From Macrostomum lignano (Eukaryota), in NCBI GenBank assembly GCA_002269645.1, contig NIVC01000541.1, forward strand, positions 1 through 50,896: DNA of 50,896 nucleotides, given 5' to 3'. Each line of letters opens with the position of its first letter. Position 1 is the stretch's first letter. Below are positions 1 to 12,200 of this stretch, one piece after another. A model generated the notes under the pieces. The model was not told the DNA's origin and did no database searches. It saw only the letters and a program-made list of their open reading frames with translations. A program made the translations under genes and the position numbers.

Positions 1-517
1 TAGAAAAGTGAAGATGCACATCTGCAATGCACATTAGATAGAGGGTAGGAAAGTGAAGATGAACAGCACATTGCACTGGACAGTTCTGTGTTCTATAGAG
101 GCCAGTTTACTCCTAAATGCGAATATGAAACACACTGTAACGAAGGTGCAGAATGGGAAGTAAATATTGGCAGCATTTCTCTTTTCTCTTCTTCCCATAT
201 CCCTCTGAAAATTGGAACTGCCACTCTGGCTGCGTGAATTTGAAAAGTAATTTTAGCTCCCGCATTGCCGCTGACCATGGCCATGCTGCCCCATAAGCTG
301 GGGATCTAATAATCTACCCGGATTTGGGAGCAGAAAAGTTTTCCCACTGACTCCGCCTCACACCCTCATCTCCTGTCTAGTAACTCTCTGAGCTCTCCCA
401 CTCAGCGAAGCAATTTTGTTCAGCGCAGCATTTCGAAACTTTGTTGCTTAAAAAAGTGATGACGGAGACTGAAGCTCAGCTCGGAGCGTGCAATATTGAG
501 AGTATGCACTTTGAACT

Positions 518-658
518 AGATCTTGTGAATTGTAGATCTTGTGAATTGTATATCTTGTGAATCGTGAATCCTGTGAACCATAAATCTTGTGAATTGTAGA
601 TCTTGTGAATTGTAGATCGTGTGAATCGTAGATCTTGTGAATCGTAGATCTTGTGAAC
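518..658. repeat. 16-bp minisatellite (agatcttgtgaattgt)
   Basis: About 8 degenerate tandem copies. Confidence 0.85.
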
Positions 659-1420
659 TGTTTTCGGGTGGAAACCTGAACATGTTGCTGAGTTAGTTTA
701 GTTAGTTTTTTTAATCTCCCAGGAGCAGGAAAAACATTTGTTTTTCTTAGAAAGCACAGCTCATCAAATGGGATTTAATCCACCGGACAATCTTGGGTTT
801 ATTGTGAATTTTTCTGTCAAATAACTTTGCCAAAATAGGCAAAAAACTTGGCTCCCTCATCCAACTGTCACCGCCTTCTCCCATCTTAGCCTTTGAGTCC
901 CATCTCGCACTTGTATAGAATTGGAGGCGATTCAATCAACAGAACCGGCTCTTGTTGGGACGCGGCACTCGGGCCGGAATTAACAGGACCGGACGCGGAT
1001 TGATACAATCGATATCGATGATTTTTTCTCCCTCACTTCCCTGTCAGGGAGCAATTTCTGCAACTCAGCCTAAAAGTAAAGCGCTATCTCTGTGAAATAC
1101 TCACACATTTCCAGGCCTGTGACAAGGAGTACTGGCATCCATGCCGCATTACATCCGGGATTTTGTAAGGCCCCCCCGCAAATCTACTGAAAAATCCTCT
1201 GTCTTGCAGTCTGGCCTGCAGCAGCGCGAAAATAGATCTATTCTATGACTTTTTTAACACGCCAAGTAGTGACAGCTGGAGTAAATCCGATAGCTTGAGG
1301 CAAACAATTGTGTTGACCGTTTTTTTCTGCGCGCGCATCACCAAATAGCGGCCTTGTGTGTTCTAGCTGTGACTCTGTTGTCAACTGCCGCTGCGCGCCT
1401 TGGGGCTTCTGGACACCTGC

Positions 1421-2425
1421 GAGTGGGGTTGGGGTGGCTCAGGGAGTGAGGAGTGGGGCTGGGGTGGCTCAGAGAATGGGGATGGAGTGGCTGAGGGAAA
1501 GGGGGTTGGGATGGCTCAGGAGTGGGGATGGGGTGGCTCAGGGAATTCATGGGGATGGCGTGGCTCAGGGAGTGGGGATGGGATGGCTCAGGGAGTGGGG
1601 ATGGGATGGCTCAGGGAGTGGGGATGGGATGGCTCAGGGAGTGGGGTTGGGATGGCTCAGGGAGTGGGGATGGGGTGGCCCAGGGAATTCATGGGGATGT
1701 GTTGGCTCAGGTAGTGGGGATGGGATGGCTCAGGGAGTGGGGATGGGGTGGCTCAGGGAGTGGGGATGGGGTGGCTCAGGGAATGGGGATGGGATGGCTC
1801 AGGGAGTGGGGATGGGGTGGCTCAAAGAATGGGGATGGGGTGGCTCAGGGAATGGGGATGGGGTGGCTCAGGGAATGGGGATGGGGTGGCTCAGGGAATG
1901 GGGATGGGGTGGCTCAGGGAATGGGGATGGGGTGGCTCAGGAATGGGGATGGGGTGGCTCAGGGAATGGGGATGGGGTGGCTCAGGGAATGGGGATGGGA
2001 TGGCTCAGGGAGTGGGGATGGGGTGGCTCAAAGAATGGGGATGGGGTGGCTCAGGGAATGGGGATGGGGTGGCTCAGGGAGTGGGGATGGGGTGGCTCAG
2101 GGAGTGGGGATGGGGTGGCTCAGGAGTGGGATGGGGTGGCTCAGGGAATGGGATGGGGTGGCTCAGGGAGTGGGGATGGGGTGGCTCAGGGAATGAGGAT
2201 GGGGTGGCTCAGGGAGTGGGGATGGGGTGGCTCAGGGAGTGGGATGGGTGGCTCAGGGAGTGGGATGGGGTGGCTCAGGGAGTGGGGATGGGTGGCTCAG
2301 GGAGTGGAGATGGGGTGGCTCAGAAGGTGGGCATGGGGTAGCTCTGGGAGTGGGAATGGGGTGACACAGGAAATGGGAATGGGGTGGCTCAAGGAAAGGG
2401 ATGAGGTGGCTCAGGGAATGGGATG
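1421..2425. repeat. G-rich ~23-bp minisatellite (gggaatggggatggggtggctca)
   Basis: About 1 kb tandem array. Explains the Gly/Trp-rich ORFs. Confidence 0.9.
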
Positions 2426-2750
2426 CGGTGGGTCAGCTCAGATTTTACACGTCTTTTGGTGCCTAAAGTGAAATTTTGTGGTCGTAACTTTAGGTTCGCT
2501 TGTACGAGCTATCGCGTATTTTTTTAAAATTATCTGAAACTCATGTTCTGTATCTGAGTTAAATATGCATATTTATTGCGTCAAACTTGTTAGAAATCAT
2601 CGTATTCCAAACTTTCAGAAAGTGAAACCAGTTTGACCTCATAGTTGACCTTACATGACCTCTGTGTGACACATTTTGCAAGTTGGGCTTTTCAACGCTT
2701 TTTGCACTAATTTATGAATCATAAGTGATCAATCTCGCTTCTTTCCCCAG

Positions 2751-4041
2751 AGCTTCTACAAAGACGCAGTGAACTTTTACTTTGACAGTCGAGTTGAGTG
2801 CAAGCACTTCTGGAAGAAGTGCATCGAGCATCACACCTTCTTCAGGTGCCAATCCGCCAGGCCGCTGCTCAGGGCGAGAAATAAAGTTGTGTCGAAAGGA
2901 TCCTCGTTCAGGTGTGTTGGCCTGAGCATTGCTGCTTTACCAGGCTATCAGATCCGAATATATAGGATTGATCTATTGAATCTATAGGATTGATCTATCG
3001 AATCTAGAGGATTGATCTATCGAATCTAGAGGATTGATCTATCGAATCTATAGGATTGATCTATCGAATCTAGAGGATTGATCTATCGAATCTATAGGAT
3101 TGATCTATTGAATCTAGAGGATTGATATATCGAATCTATAGGATTGATCTATCGAATCTAGAGGATTGATCTATCGAATCTATAGGATTGATCTATTGAA
3201 TCTATAGGATTGATCTATCGAATCTAGAGGATTGATCTATCGAATCTATTGGATTGTTCTATCGAATCTATAGGATTGATCTATCGAATCTACAAGACTG
3301 ATCTATCAAATCTTACAAGATTAATCTATCGAATCTATTGAATTGATCTATCGAATCTACAAGATTGATCTATCGAATCTATTGAATTGATCTATCGAAT
3401 CTACAAGATTGATCTATCGAATCTATTGAATTGATCTATCGAATCTACAAGACTGATCTATCGAATCTATTGAATTGATCTATCGAATCTACAAGATTGA
3501 TCTATCGAATCTATTGAATTGATCTATCGAATCTACAAGATTGATCTATCGAATCTATTGAATTGATCTATCGAATCTACAAGACTGATCTATCGAATCT
3601 AGAGGAGTGATTTTTGGAATCCATAAGAGTGAGATATGCCATGTCTATAAGAGCACTGACTGCGTCTGCATTGCAGCAGAAAACTCCCACAGCTGCAAGC
3701 AATCAATGAGAGTTCAAAGGACTGTTAGAAATTGGAAGCAGCTGTCTGTACGAGTTTAAGGATGCGACTTGCTGCCTTCGAGTTTCTTCACTGCCACAGG
3801 AATTGGTCTCAATGAAGTTTATAGGTGCGGAAAGCTGGGTTATAAACATGCGCATTGCATCTCTGACCCCCCCCCGCGCAGGTACTGCGGCCGAACCCAG
3901 AAGCAGCTGCTGGAATTCGTTCGGCAAAATTACTACATCAGGCGGCCCTGCCCCGACTGGTGAGGACCCCGGGGGGTGAAAGGACATTTCAGGGGAGTGA
4001 AGAGCTGCTCATTTTCTGGATTAGCTAATCCTGTGTCTTTT

Positions 4042-4083
<42 letters not shown>

Positions 4084-6497
4084 TTACTCCCTCTGTCTTT
4101 TAGAGGCTGCAAAGAGGATTTATGATCCCCATAGAATCTTTGCAAATTTTGAGCACTATGGGAGATTGTAGCAAAGTAGGCAGAGGCAGAGCTTATCCCT
4201 TCTCCCTCTCGCGCTCTGAATGCTGAGCTCGGACAAAGGAGAAAGACAGCGCGAAGCCGCATAGTAATTAGCAGTTTTGTAATTTTTATAATTTGCACCT
4301 GAAACTATTGTTGCTAGCTGACGTTGACGACTCGGTAGTCGATAGATTTATAATCTGTGAGAACAGACGGTGCATCATCCACATGTGTGAGATTGGATAA
4401 GTAGATATGTTAGAGTCGATGAGAATAGGCAGTGCAATATCTATGAGAACAGGCAGTGCAATATCTATGAGAACAGGCAGTGCAATATCTATGAGAACAG
4501 GCAGTGCAATATCTATGAGAACAGGCAGTGCAATATCTATGAGAACAGTCAGTGCAATATCTATGAGAACAGGCAGTGCAATATCTATGAGAACAGGCAG
4601 TGCAATATCTATGAGAACAGGCAGTCAGCAACATCCCAAAGTCAGTTTCGGTGGGGACAAACACGCAGCTCCCACCTGCCCTCTCCAGGAGCTCCCGCTC
4701 CTTGCCAAGTCGCTCGCCTGGAGGCGCCCGCCGCGCCACGACAATCACGTCGGCTACCGCGGCAGCCGCCATGGCCGCCGCTGCGACTCTCAGCGGCCGC
4801 GGCTCGCGGGCGGCGTCCACCGGGTCCCGCGGCTCGCACACCCTGCTGCCGCTGCACCCGCTGGAGCCGCCTACGCAGAAGCCGCTGATCTCGCCGCCAA
4901 CCTCGATGCCTCCGATGCCGATTTCCTGCGCCGACAAAGCTCGCTTCGCCGCCGACTTTGCGCGCCACGATGCCGTCGTTGCAGCAGCGGCGCCAAACCG
5001 GGCCGCCGCCGGTGCCGCCAAAGCCGCAGCAGCAGCAGCCGCTTCTGTCTTCGTCGCCGCCGCTCCCGCCACCGCCGTTGGACTTTGGACTTCATCGCTG
5101 ACACCGACGCCGATGTCGACGCCGCATGGCGACGCTGCAGGACGTCGTCGTTGCGCGCCCGCTCGCTGCCCGATCGTCGCGTCGAATACGGAGATGGATT
5201 TGACGGCTACGGCGAGGCCGACGGTGACGACGCTGACGGGTTCGGCGACTACGACGGTGAGGGTGCATCGACGCCGCCGCCATTGGAGTCGCTGGAGCGG
5301 CTGGCCAGCACGCAGGCCTACGTCAACAGCTGCTGCTGCCCGCCGCCGCCCGCGGTGCCTTCAGCGGCCGGCTGCCACCGCCTGGACGATCTGGACGAGC
5401 GCACACACCTGGCCGGCACGATGACATCGGATGAGGACGGCGACTTGGACGCGAACGTTGACAACGACGACTGGTGCGCTGGGATGCGCCGGCCGCGCTC
5501 CGTTAGCCGGCTGGAGAGCGCCCTGGCGACGCCCAAGACGGGCGGCTCGCTGGTCGAGCTGGACGCGATCGAGGACAACTACGGCGACACGGACGCCTGC
5601 CTGAACGGCTTCGAAGATGACAACGGCGAAGGAGGCCGGCAAGATAATGCTGCCGCCGTAGTCCAGGAGGATGACCGGATAGAGGCAGCAGCTGCAGCAT
5701 CTCCCCCGCCTTCGCCGGTTTCACCTCTGCCGGAAGAGCCAGCAGCCCCCGCCCCGAACTTCGCCTCGCCGGCTGTCGCGTGCAGCGTCTCCAGCCTGGC
5801 AGCCAGCGGCGCCGCGCTAAGCACCGTCAGCGAAGAGTCCGGCGCCTCCTCGACTACGTCGGCAACCACATCGTCGGCGTCAACAACGGCGGGCGCCAAT
5901 GTACATGCAGCTGCGACAGTCGCGACGGAAGCTTCAAATGCTGCGCCGGCTGCTGACACCGCCGACGGCGCGGCCAGGAGATCCGGCAGCGAGTCCTCGG
6001 CCGCCGGGTCCAACAGCGACAGCAGCCGGGAGCCGTCGGTGTCCAGCCAGCTGGAGCTGCGCCTGTGCCATAACACCACCGTCGGGGAGGTCATCGACGA
6101 AGGCGATGACATCAACGACGATTGCGAAGATGACGAGGAGGAGGAGGCATCGAACTACTACGAGGCCGAGTTCCTGTCACGCGCGGAAGGCCGCCGACGG
6201 CAGCGGCAGCAGCGGCGAATCCAGGCGGTGCAGCAGCGGGACGGGCCGCCGATCCCGCCGAGGTCCAGCAGCATGATCGCCAGTGGCGCCGTCGCTGACA
6301 CGTCATCGCTGCTGCCGCCGCCGCCCCCGGAGCTACTAGAGATGACTCAGCAGCTGGAACAGCACGAGCAGCCAGATCAGCAGCAACCGCCGCTGCCTCC
6401 GCCTGGCGCGGCTGCTGCCGCGTCGGCCACCGCCACCGACGCCGCCGCCTGCTTCGCCAACCCGTGGGCCCGGCTAGACGTTGGCAGCGAAGTATAA
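2751..6497 (+). CDS. FERM + FERM-adjacent domain protein (FARP/FRMD7-like), last three coding exons; 5' exons not found in window
   Basis: Exons 2751-2911 (CAG|, phase 0, SFYKDAVNFYFDSRVECKHFWKKCIEHHTFFR...SKGSSFR), 3882-3959 (YCGRTQKQLLEFVRQ...), 4689-6497 (low-complexity tail). All GT-AG with compatible phases. CKxFWKxCxEHHxFFR and GSSFRYxGRTQKQ are the FERM C-lobe end and FA motif. The tail needs a one-base frame switch near 5080-5095 (see findings). Confidence 0.85.
2957..3603. repeat. 22-bp minisatellite (aatctagaggattgatctatcg) in FERM intron
   Basis: Tandem array between exons 2751-2911 and 3882-3959. Confidence 0.9.
4044..4081. repeat. (CT)n microsatellite
   Basis: Direct reading. 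Confidence 0.9.
4416..4625. repeat. 24-bp minisatellite (atgagaacaggcagtgcaatatct)
   Basis: About 8.5 copies. Gives the intronic MRTGSAIS repeat at the start of ORF 4407. Confidence 0.9.
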
Positions 6498-6924
6498 GAA
6501 CACAAGCTGATATAAGAGCGAATTCTATTTGCAAAATGTTGTGTACTCTGCCTACAGTAGCATTGTTAGCCTTTTGTTATATCTTTTCGTATTCGATGGG
6601 TTGTCCATTGCTTTAGAGGAATGTACTTTGCTTTTGAATTGAAACTTTTCTTTTTAACTATCAGATTTCACATCCCAAGTATTGTTATTCTCCTGACGCC
6701 TAAACTGGGATTCAGTTTAGTTAGCATTAATTAAGCAGTATTGCGAATCGGCTCGGGATGCTGGATGCAGCATGCGTTGTAGTCGGATATGAAGCTTGCG
6801 TGAGCCCTTCGCTTGTTCATTGTTTAGACAACTCCGAGTATTCAGCCTAAACATGCCTGTTCTGTAACGGACTTTAACGACTTAATGCAAGTATGCACTG
6901 CTGTTAGATAAACATACGGCTCTG

Positions 6925-7727
6925 ATTCTCACACTGAGATAAACATACAACTCCTGAATCTCACGCTGAGATAAAGCTACAGGCCCTGAATCTCACAATG
7001 AGATAAAGCTACAGGCCCTAAATCTCACACTGATATGAAGTTACGGGCCCTGAATCTCACACTGAGATAAAGTTACAGTCTTTAAATCTCACACTGAGAT
7101 AAAGCTACAGTCCCTGAATCTCACACTGAGATAAAGCTACAGTCCCTGAATCTCACACTGAGATAAAGCTACAGGCCCTGAATCTCACAATGAGATAAAG
7201 CTACAGGCCCAAAATCTCACACTGATATGAAGTTACGGGCCCTGAATCTCACACTGAGATAAAGTTACAGTCTTTAAATCTCACACTGAGATAAAGCTAC
7301 AGTCCCTGAATCTCACACTCAGATAAAGCTAGAGTCCCTGAATCTCACACTTGAGATAAAGCTACAGGCGCTGAAACTCACACTGAGATAAAGCTACAGT
7401 CCCGGAATCTCACACTGAGATAAAAATACGGCTCCTGAAACTTAAAGCTACAGTCCCTGAATCTCACATTCAGATAAAGCTACAGGCCCTAAATCTCACA
7501 CTGATATGAAGTTACGGGCCCTGAATCTCACACTGAGATAAAGTTACAGTCTTTAAATCTCACACTGAGATAGAGCTACAGTCCCTGAATCTCACACTGA
7601 TATGAAGTTACGGGCCCTGAATCTCATACTGAGATAAAGCTACAGGCCCTGAATCTCCCAGAGATAAAGCTACAGTCCCCGAATCTCACACTGAGATAAA
7701 GCTAGTCCCTGAATCTCACACTGAGAT
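6925..7727. repeat. 32-bp minisatellite A (ctgaatctcacactgagataaagctacagtcc)
   Basis: Tandem array downstream of the FERM stop. Confidence 0.9.
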
Positions 7728-8199
7728 TACACTACACCCTAGCAAATTAGCAACGTTAATATTATTAACATAATAAATTGTACAGTATTTACTTGGCATA
7801 ATATAATTCCTAGATTTACGAGTATTCATGTTCCAAGACATTGCACGCCCATCGAAAGCACCGTTGCCATGGAAATGAACAAACAAATCGAACCCATTGT
7901 TGCTTTTCAATTACATTTTTTTGTTTCGTTAATTTTTTTTAAATAAAAGAAAGGATAAATATAAAGGAAATTATCTAATTGTCCTAGTGCTATAGTATGT
8001 TGAACATTGGTGTACTTTTGTTTATATATAACTGAAATATAAGCAGATTTTGCCTAGCAAAACAATAGAGTAGAATTTTATGATCAAGCAGTTTATCTTA
8101 TAGATTGCCTGTGATTGGACAGCGTAATGCCAAAGTCTGGGCTCAGCATAGGCAGTTAAGCAGAAATGAAACTTAAATATAATATTTTTGTTTCAAGAC

Positions 8200-9025
8200 C
8201 CCATCTCCACCTGTCTATCTCACACTCGGATCTCATCTCCATCTGTCTATCTCACACTGGGACCTCATCTCTACCTGTCTATCTCACACTGGGATCTCAT
8301 CTCTACCTGTCTATCTCACACTCGGATCTCCTCTCTACCTGTCTATCTTACACTGGGATCTCCTCTCTACCTGTCTATCTTACACTGGGATCTCATCTCT
8401 ACCTGTCTCTCTCCCACTCGGATCTCATCTCCACCTGTCTATCTCACACTGGGATCTAATCTCCACCTGTCTATCTTACACTAGGGATCTCATCTCTACC
8501 TGTCTATCTCACACTAGGATCTCATCTCTACCTGTCTATCTTACACTGGGATCTCATCTCTACCTGTCTATCTCACACTGGGATCTCATCTCTACCTGTC
8601 TATCTCACACTGGGATCTCATCTCTACCTGTCTATCTTACACTGGGATCTAATCTCCACCTGTCTATCTCACACTGGGATCTAATCTCCACCTGTCTATC
8701 TCACACTGGGATCTCATCTCTACCTGTCTATCTCACACTAGGATCTCATCTCTACCTGTCTATCTTACACTGGGATCTCATCTCTACCTGTCTATCTCAC
8801 ACTGGGATCTCATCTCTACCTGTCTATCTCACACTGGGATCTCATCTCTACCTGTCTATCTTACACTCGGACCTGATCTCTACCTGTCTATCTTACACTA
8901 GGGATCTCATTTCTACCTGTCTATCCCACACTCGGATCTCCTCTCTACCTGTCTATCTTACACTGGGACCTCATCTCTACCTGTCTATCTCACACTCGGA
9001 TCTCATATCCACCTGTCTATCTCAC
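8200..9025. repeat. 32-bp minisatellite B (cctgtctatctcacactgggatctcatctcta)
   Basis: Tandem array downstream of the PREP stop. Confidence 0.9.
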
Positions 9026-9216
9026 AGATGTCTTCTTTTTCACCCCTAGTCTAGAACAAGAAAACTGACAACATAAATACTCGGATTAAACAGAACCAAA
9101 AAAGCCAGCACAGGTTAATTGGAATCTCAATAGACGCTAAATACACAGGGATAAATTATGTGAGTAAAGCAAGGACAAGCAACACATAGGTGAAGCGGTG
9201 AAAGATAAAGCATTCG

Positions 9217-12200
9217 CTAGTCGCGCCAGACCAGTGCCAGGCTGCGCTGCATGAAGCAGTACACATCGGCGCGCTCCTCGATGGTCTTATTCAGTGGCCG
9301 ACCGAATCCGTGCCCGTCTTTGGTCTCGATTCTGGCCAGCAGTGGCCGAGTTTGTCCGGGCCGGCTGCCCAGCCTGTACTGCACTTCGGCCACGAATTTC
9401 AAGCTGTGCAGCGCCATCACTCGATCGTCATGGCTGGCCGTCAGCACCAGCAGGGCCGGGAAGTCCGAGCCCCAGTCTGAACGGTCCGCCACCCGGGCCA
9501 CGTTGTGCAGCGGCGAGTAGGCGAAGACGTTGCGGAACTCCGACTTGCTGCCGTCCGGGGTGCCGTAGTCTGAGACCCAGCCGTGACCGATGGTGAACCT
9601 GGCGGAGAGACGGGTCCGTTCTGTACCTGAGACCAGCTAGATTAGCAATCCATTCTATTCCTGCATCCTTGTGGGCCAGATTAGCAATCCATTCTATTCC
9701 TGCATCCTTGTGGGCTAGATTAGCAATCCATTCTATTCCTGCATCCTTGTGGGCTAGATTAGCAATCCATTCTATTCCTGCATCCTTGTGGGCTAGATTA
9801 TCAATCCATTCTATTCCTGCATCCTTGTGGGCTAGATTAGCAATCCATTCTAATTCTGCATCATTGTGGGCTAGATTAGCAATCCATTCTATTCCTGCAT
9901 CATTGTGGGCTAGATTAGCAATCCATTCTATTCCTGCATCCTTGTGGGCTAGATTAGCAATCCATTCTATTCCTGCATCCTTGTGGGCTAGATTAGCAAT
10001 CCATTCTAATTCTGCATCCTTGTGGGCTAGATTAGCAATCCATTCTATTCCTGCATCCTTGTGGGCTAGATTAGCAATCCATTCTATTCCTGCATCCTTG
10101 TGGGCTAGATTAGCAATACATTTTATCTATTCATCGGTGGACTTTGATTCATCAAATTCATGATGGCCAAGCCATCAGTAGGCCAGTGCGCACTTGTGAA
10201 ATCGCAGCATATCCAGCACGCCCATGCTGCAGACCACGCCGGCGTACAGATCCGGGCGTTGCAGGGCGCAGGCGGCTACCAGAAGGCCGCCGTTGCTAGC
10301 GCCCTCGATGACCAGCTTGTCGGGCAGGGCGACGCCCTCCTTAACCAAGTACTCGGCTGCCGCAATGAAATCGTCGAAGCAGTTCTGCTTATTCATGAGG
10401 CAGCCGCCGAGGTGCCAGTCTTCGCCAAATTCATCGCCGCCTCGAATATTGGCTACGGCGAAGGCGCAGCGATAATTGCGCAGCAGAGGCAGCCGGTCGG
10501 TGCTGAAGTACGGCATAATGCTGATGTTGAAGCCGCCGTAGCCGTACAGCAGGCAGGGCGCCGGGCCTTCGAGATCCCGGTGACGGACGATGAACATGGG
10601 CACCCTGGTGCCGTCCTTCGATGTGTAGAACACCTGCGGGCGTTTGCGATTTTTATAGTGGCTACAGAATTTTCTAGGATATCAAATTGGGATCAATGAA
10701 CATAGGGATCTAGAATTGGGATCGGTGATCATAGGGATCTGGAATTGGGATTGATGATCATAGGGATCTAGAATTGGGATTGATGATCATAGGGATCTAG
10801 AATTGGGATTGGTGATCATAGGGATCTAGAATTGGGATTGGTGATCATATGGATCTAGAATTGGGATTGGTGATCATAGGGATCTAGAATTGGGATTGGT
10901 GATCATATGGATCTAGAATTGGGATTGGTGATCATAGGGATCTAGAATTGGGATCGGTGATCATAGGGATCTAGAATTGGGATTGGTGATCATATGGATC
11001 TAGAATTGGGATTGGTGATCATAGGGATCTAGAATTGGGATCTAGAATTGGGATTGGTGATCATATGGATCTAGAATTGGGATTGGTGATCATAGGGATC
11101 TAGAATTGGGATTGGTGATCATATGGATCTAGAATTGGGATTGGTGATCATAGGGATCTAGAATTGGGATCGATGATCATAGGGATCTAGAATTGGGATC
11201 TATGATCATAGGGATCTAGAATTGGGATCGATGATGATAGGGATCTAGAATTGGGATTGGTGATCATATGGATCTAGAATTGGGATTGGTGATCATAGGG
11301 ATCTAGAATTGGGATTGGTGATCATATGGATCTAGAATTGGGATTGGTGATCATAGGGATCTAGAATTGGGATCGATGATCATAGGGATCTAGAATTGGG
11401 ATCTATGATCATAGGGATCTAGAATTGGGATCGATGATGATAGGGATCTAGAATTGGGATCGATGATGATAGGGATCTAGAATTCGGATCGATGATCATA
11501 GGGATCTAGAATTGGGATCGATGATCATAGGGATCTAGAATTGGGATCGATGATCATAGGGATCTAGAATTGGGATCGGTGATCATAGGGATCTAGAATT
11601 GGGATCTATGATCATAGGGATCTAGAATGGGGATTGATGATCATAGGGATCTAGAATGGGGATTGATGATCATAGGGATCTAGAATTTGGACCGATGATC
11701 ATAGGGATCTATTGCAATAGAATTGGGATTGATGATCATCGAAGGATCTCGGGTTGGGATTTATGATCATAGGGATCTTGAACTATGATAATCGTTGAAG
11801 AATTAGGACCACGCTTCGAACAGTTAAGAGTGAATGCCAGGACACTGACTAGTTAGTCAATTATCAAACCTGTTTCTCCGTGTACTCAGACGCATCGAAT
11901 CCTTTTGGCGAAGACTTGCGCACCAGAGTGGTAGTAAAGTCCCCTTCGGGAGAAAACTCAACCCTGTACTGATTCGATGGCGTTAAGAAGCTGCTGTAGC
12001 TGAAGAACAACTCGTTGTGCCATCGTTCGCACGTAATGCTGCCCACTGTGCCCAGGCCGAATTCAATCTGCTTCCAAGCCTGCCGGTTCAGCAGATCCGT
12101 TACTAGCAGCACGTCCTGCACGTTGCGGCGATAGGACAGGATTAGGGAGCGGTTGACAACAGCTGCGGTGCTGAGCACGTCAGTCTCGTGCTGCGGCACC

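Noticed and set aside
1345-1425. Hydrophobic signal-peptide-like frame QIAALCVLAVTLLSTAAA
   Set aside because: No start codon or convincing splice sites.
1356-2471. Long Gly/Trp-rich ORFs
   Set aside because: Stop-free translation of the G-rich minisatellite, open in several frames.
4407-4688. N-terminus of the 696-aa ORF (MRTGSAIS repeats)
   Set aside because: Intronic 24-bp repeat upstream of the acceptor at 4688.
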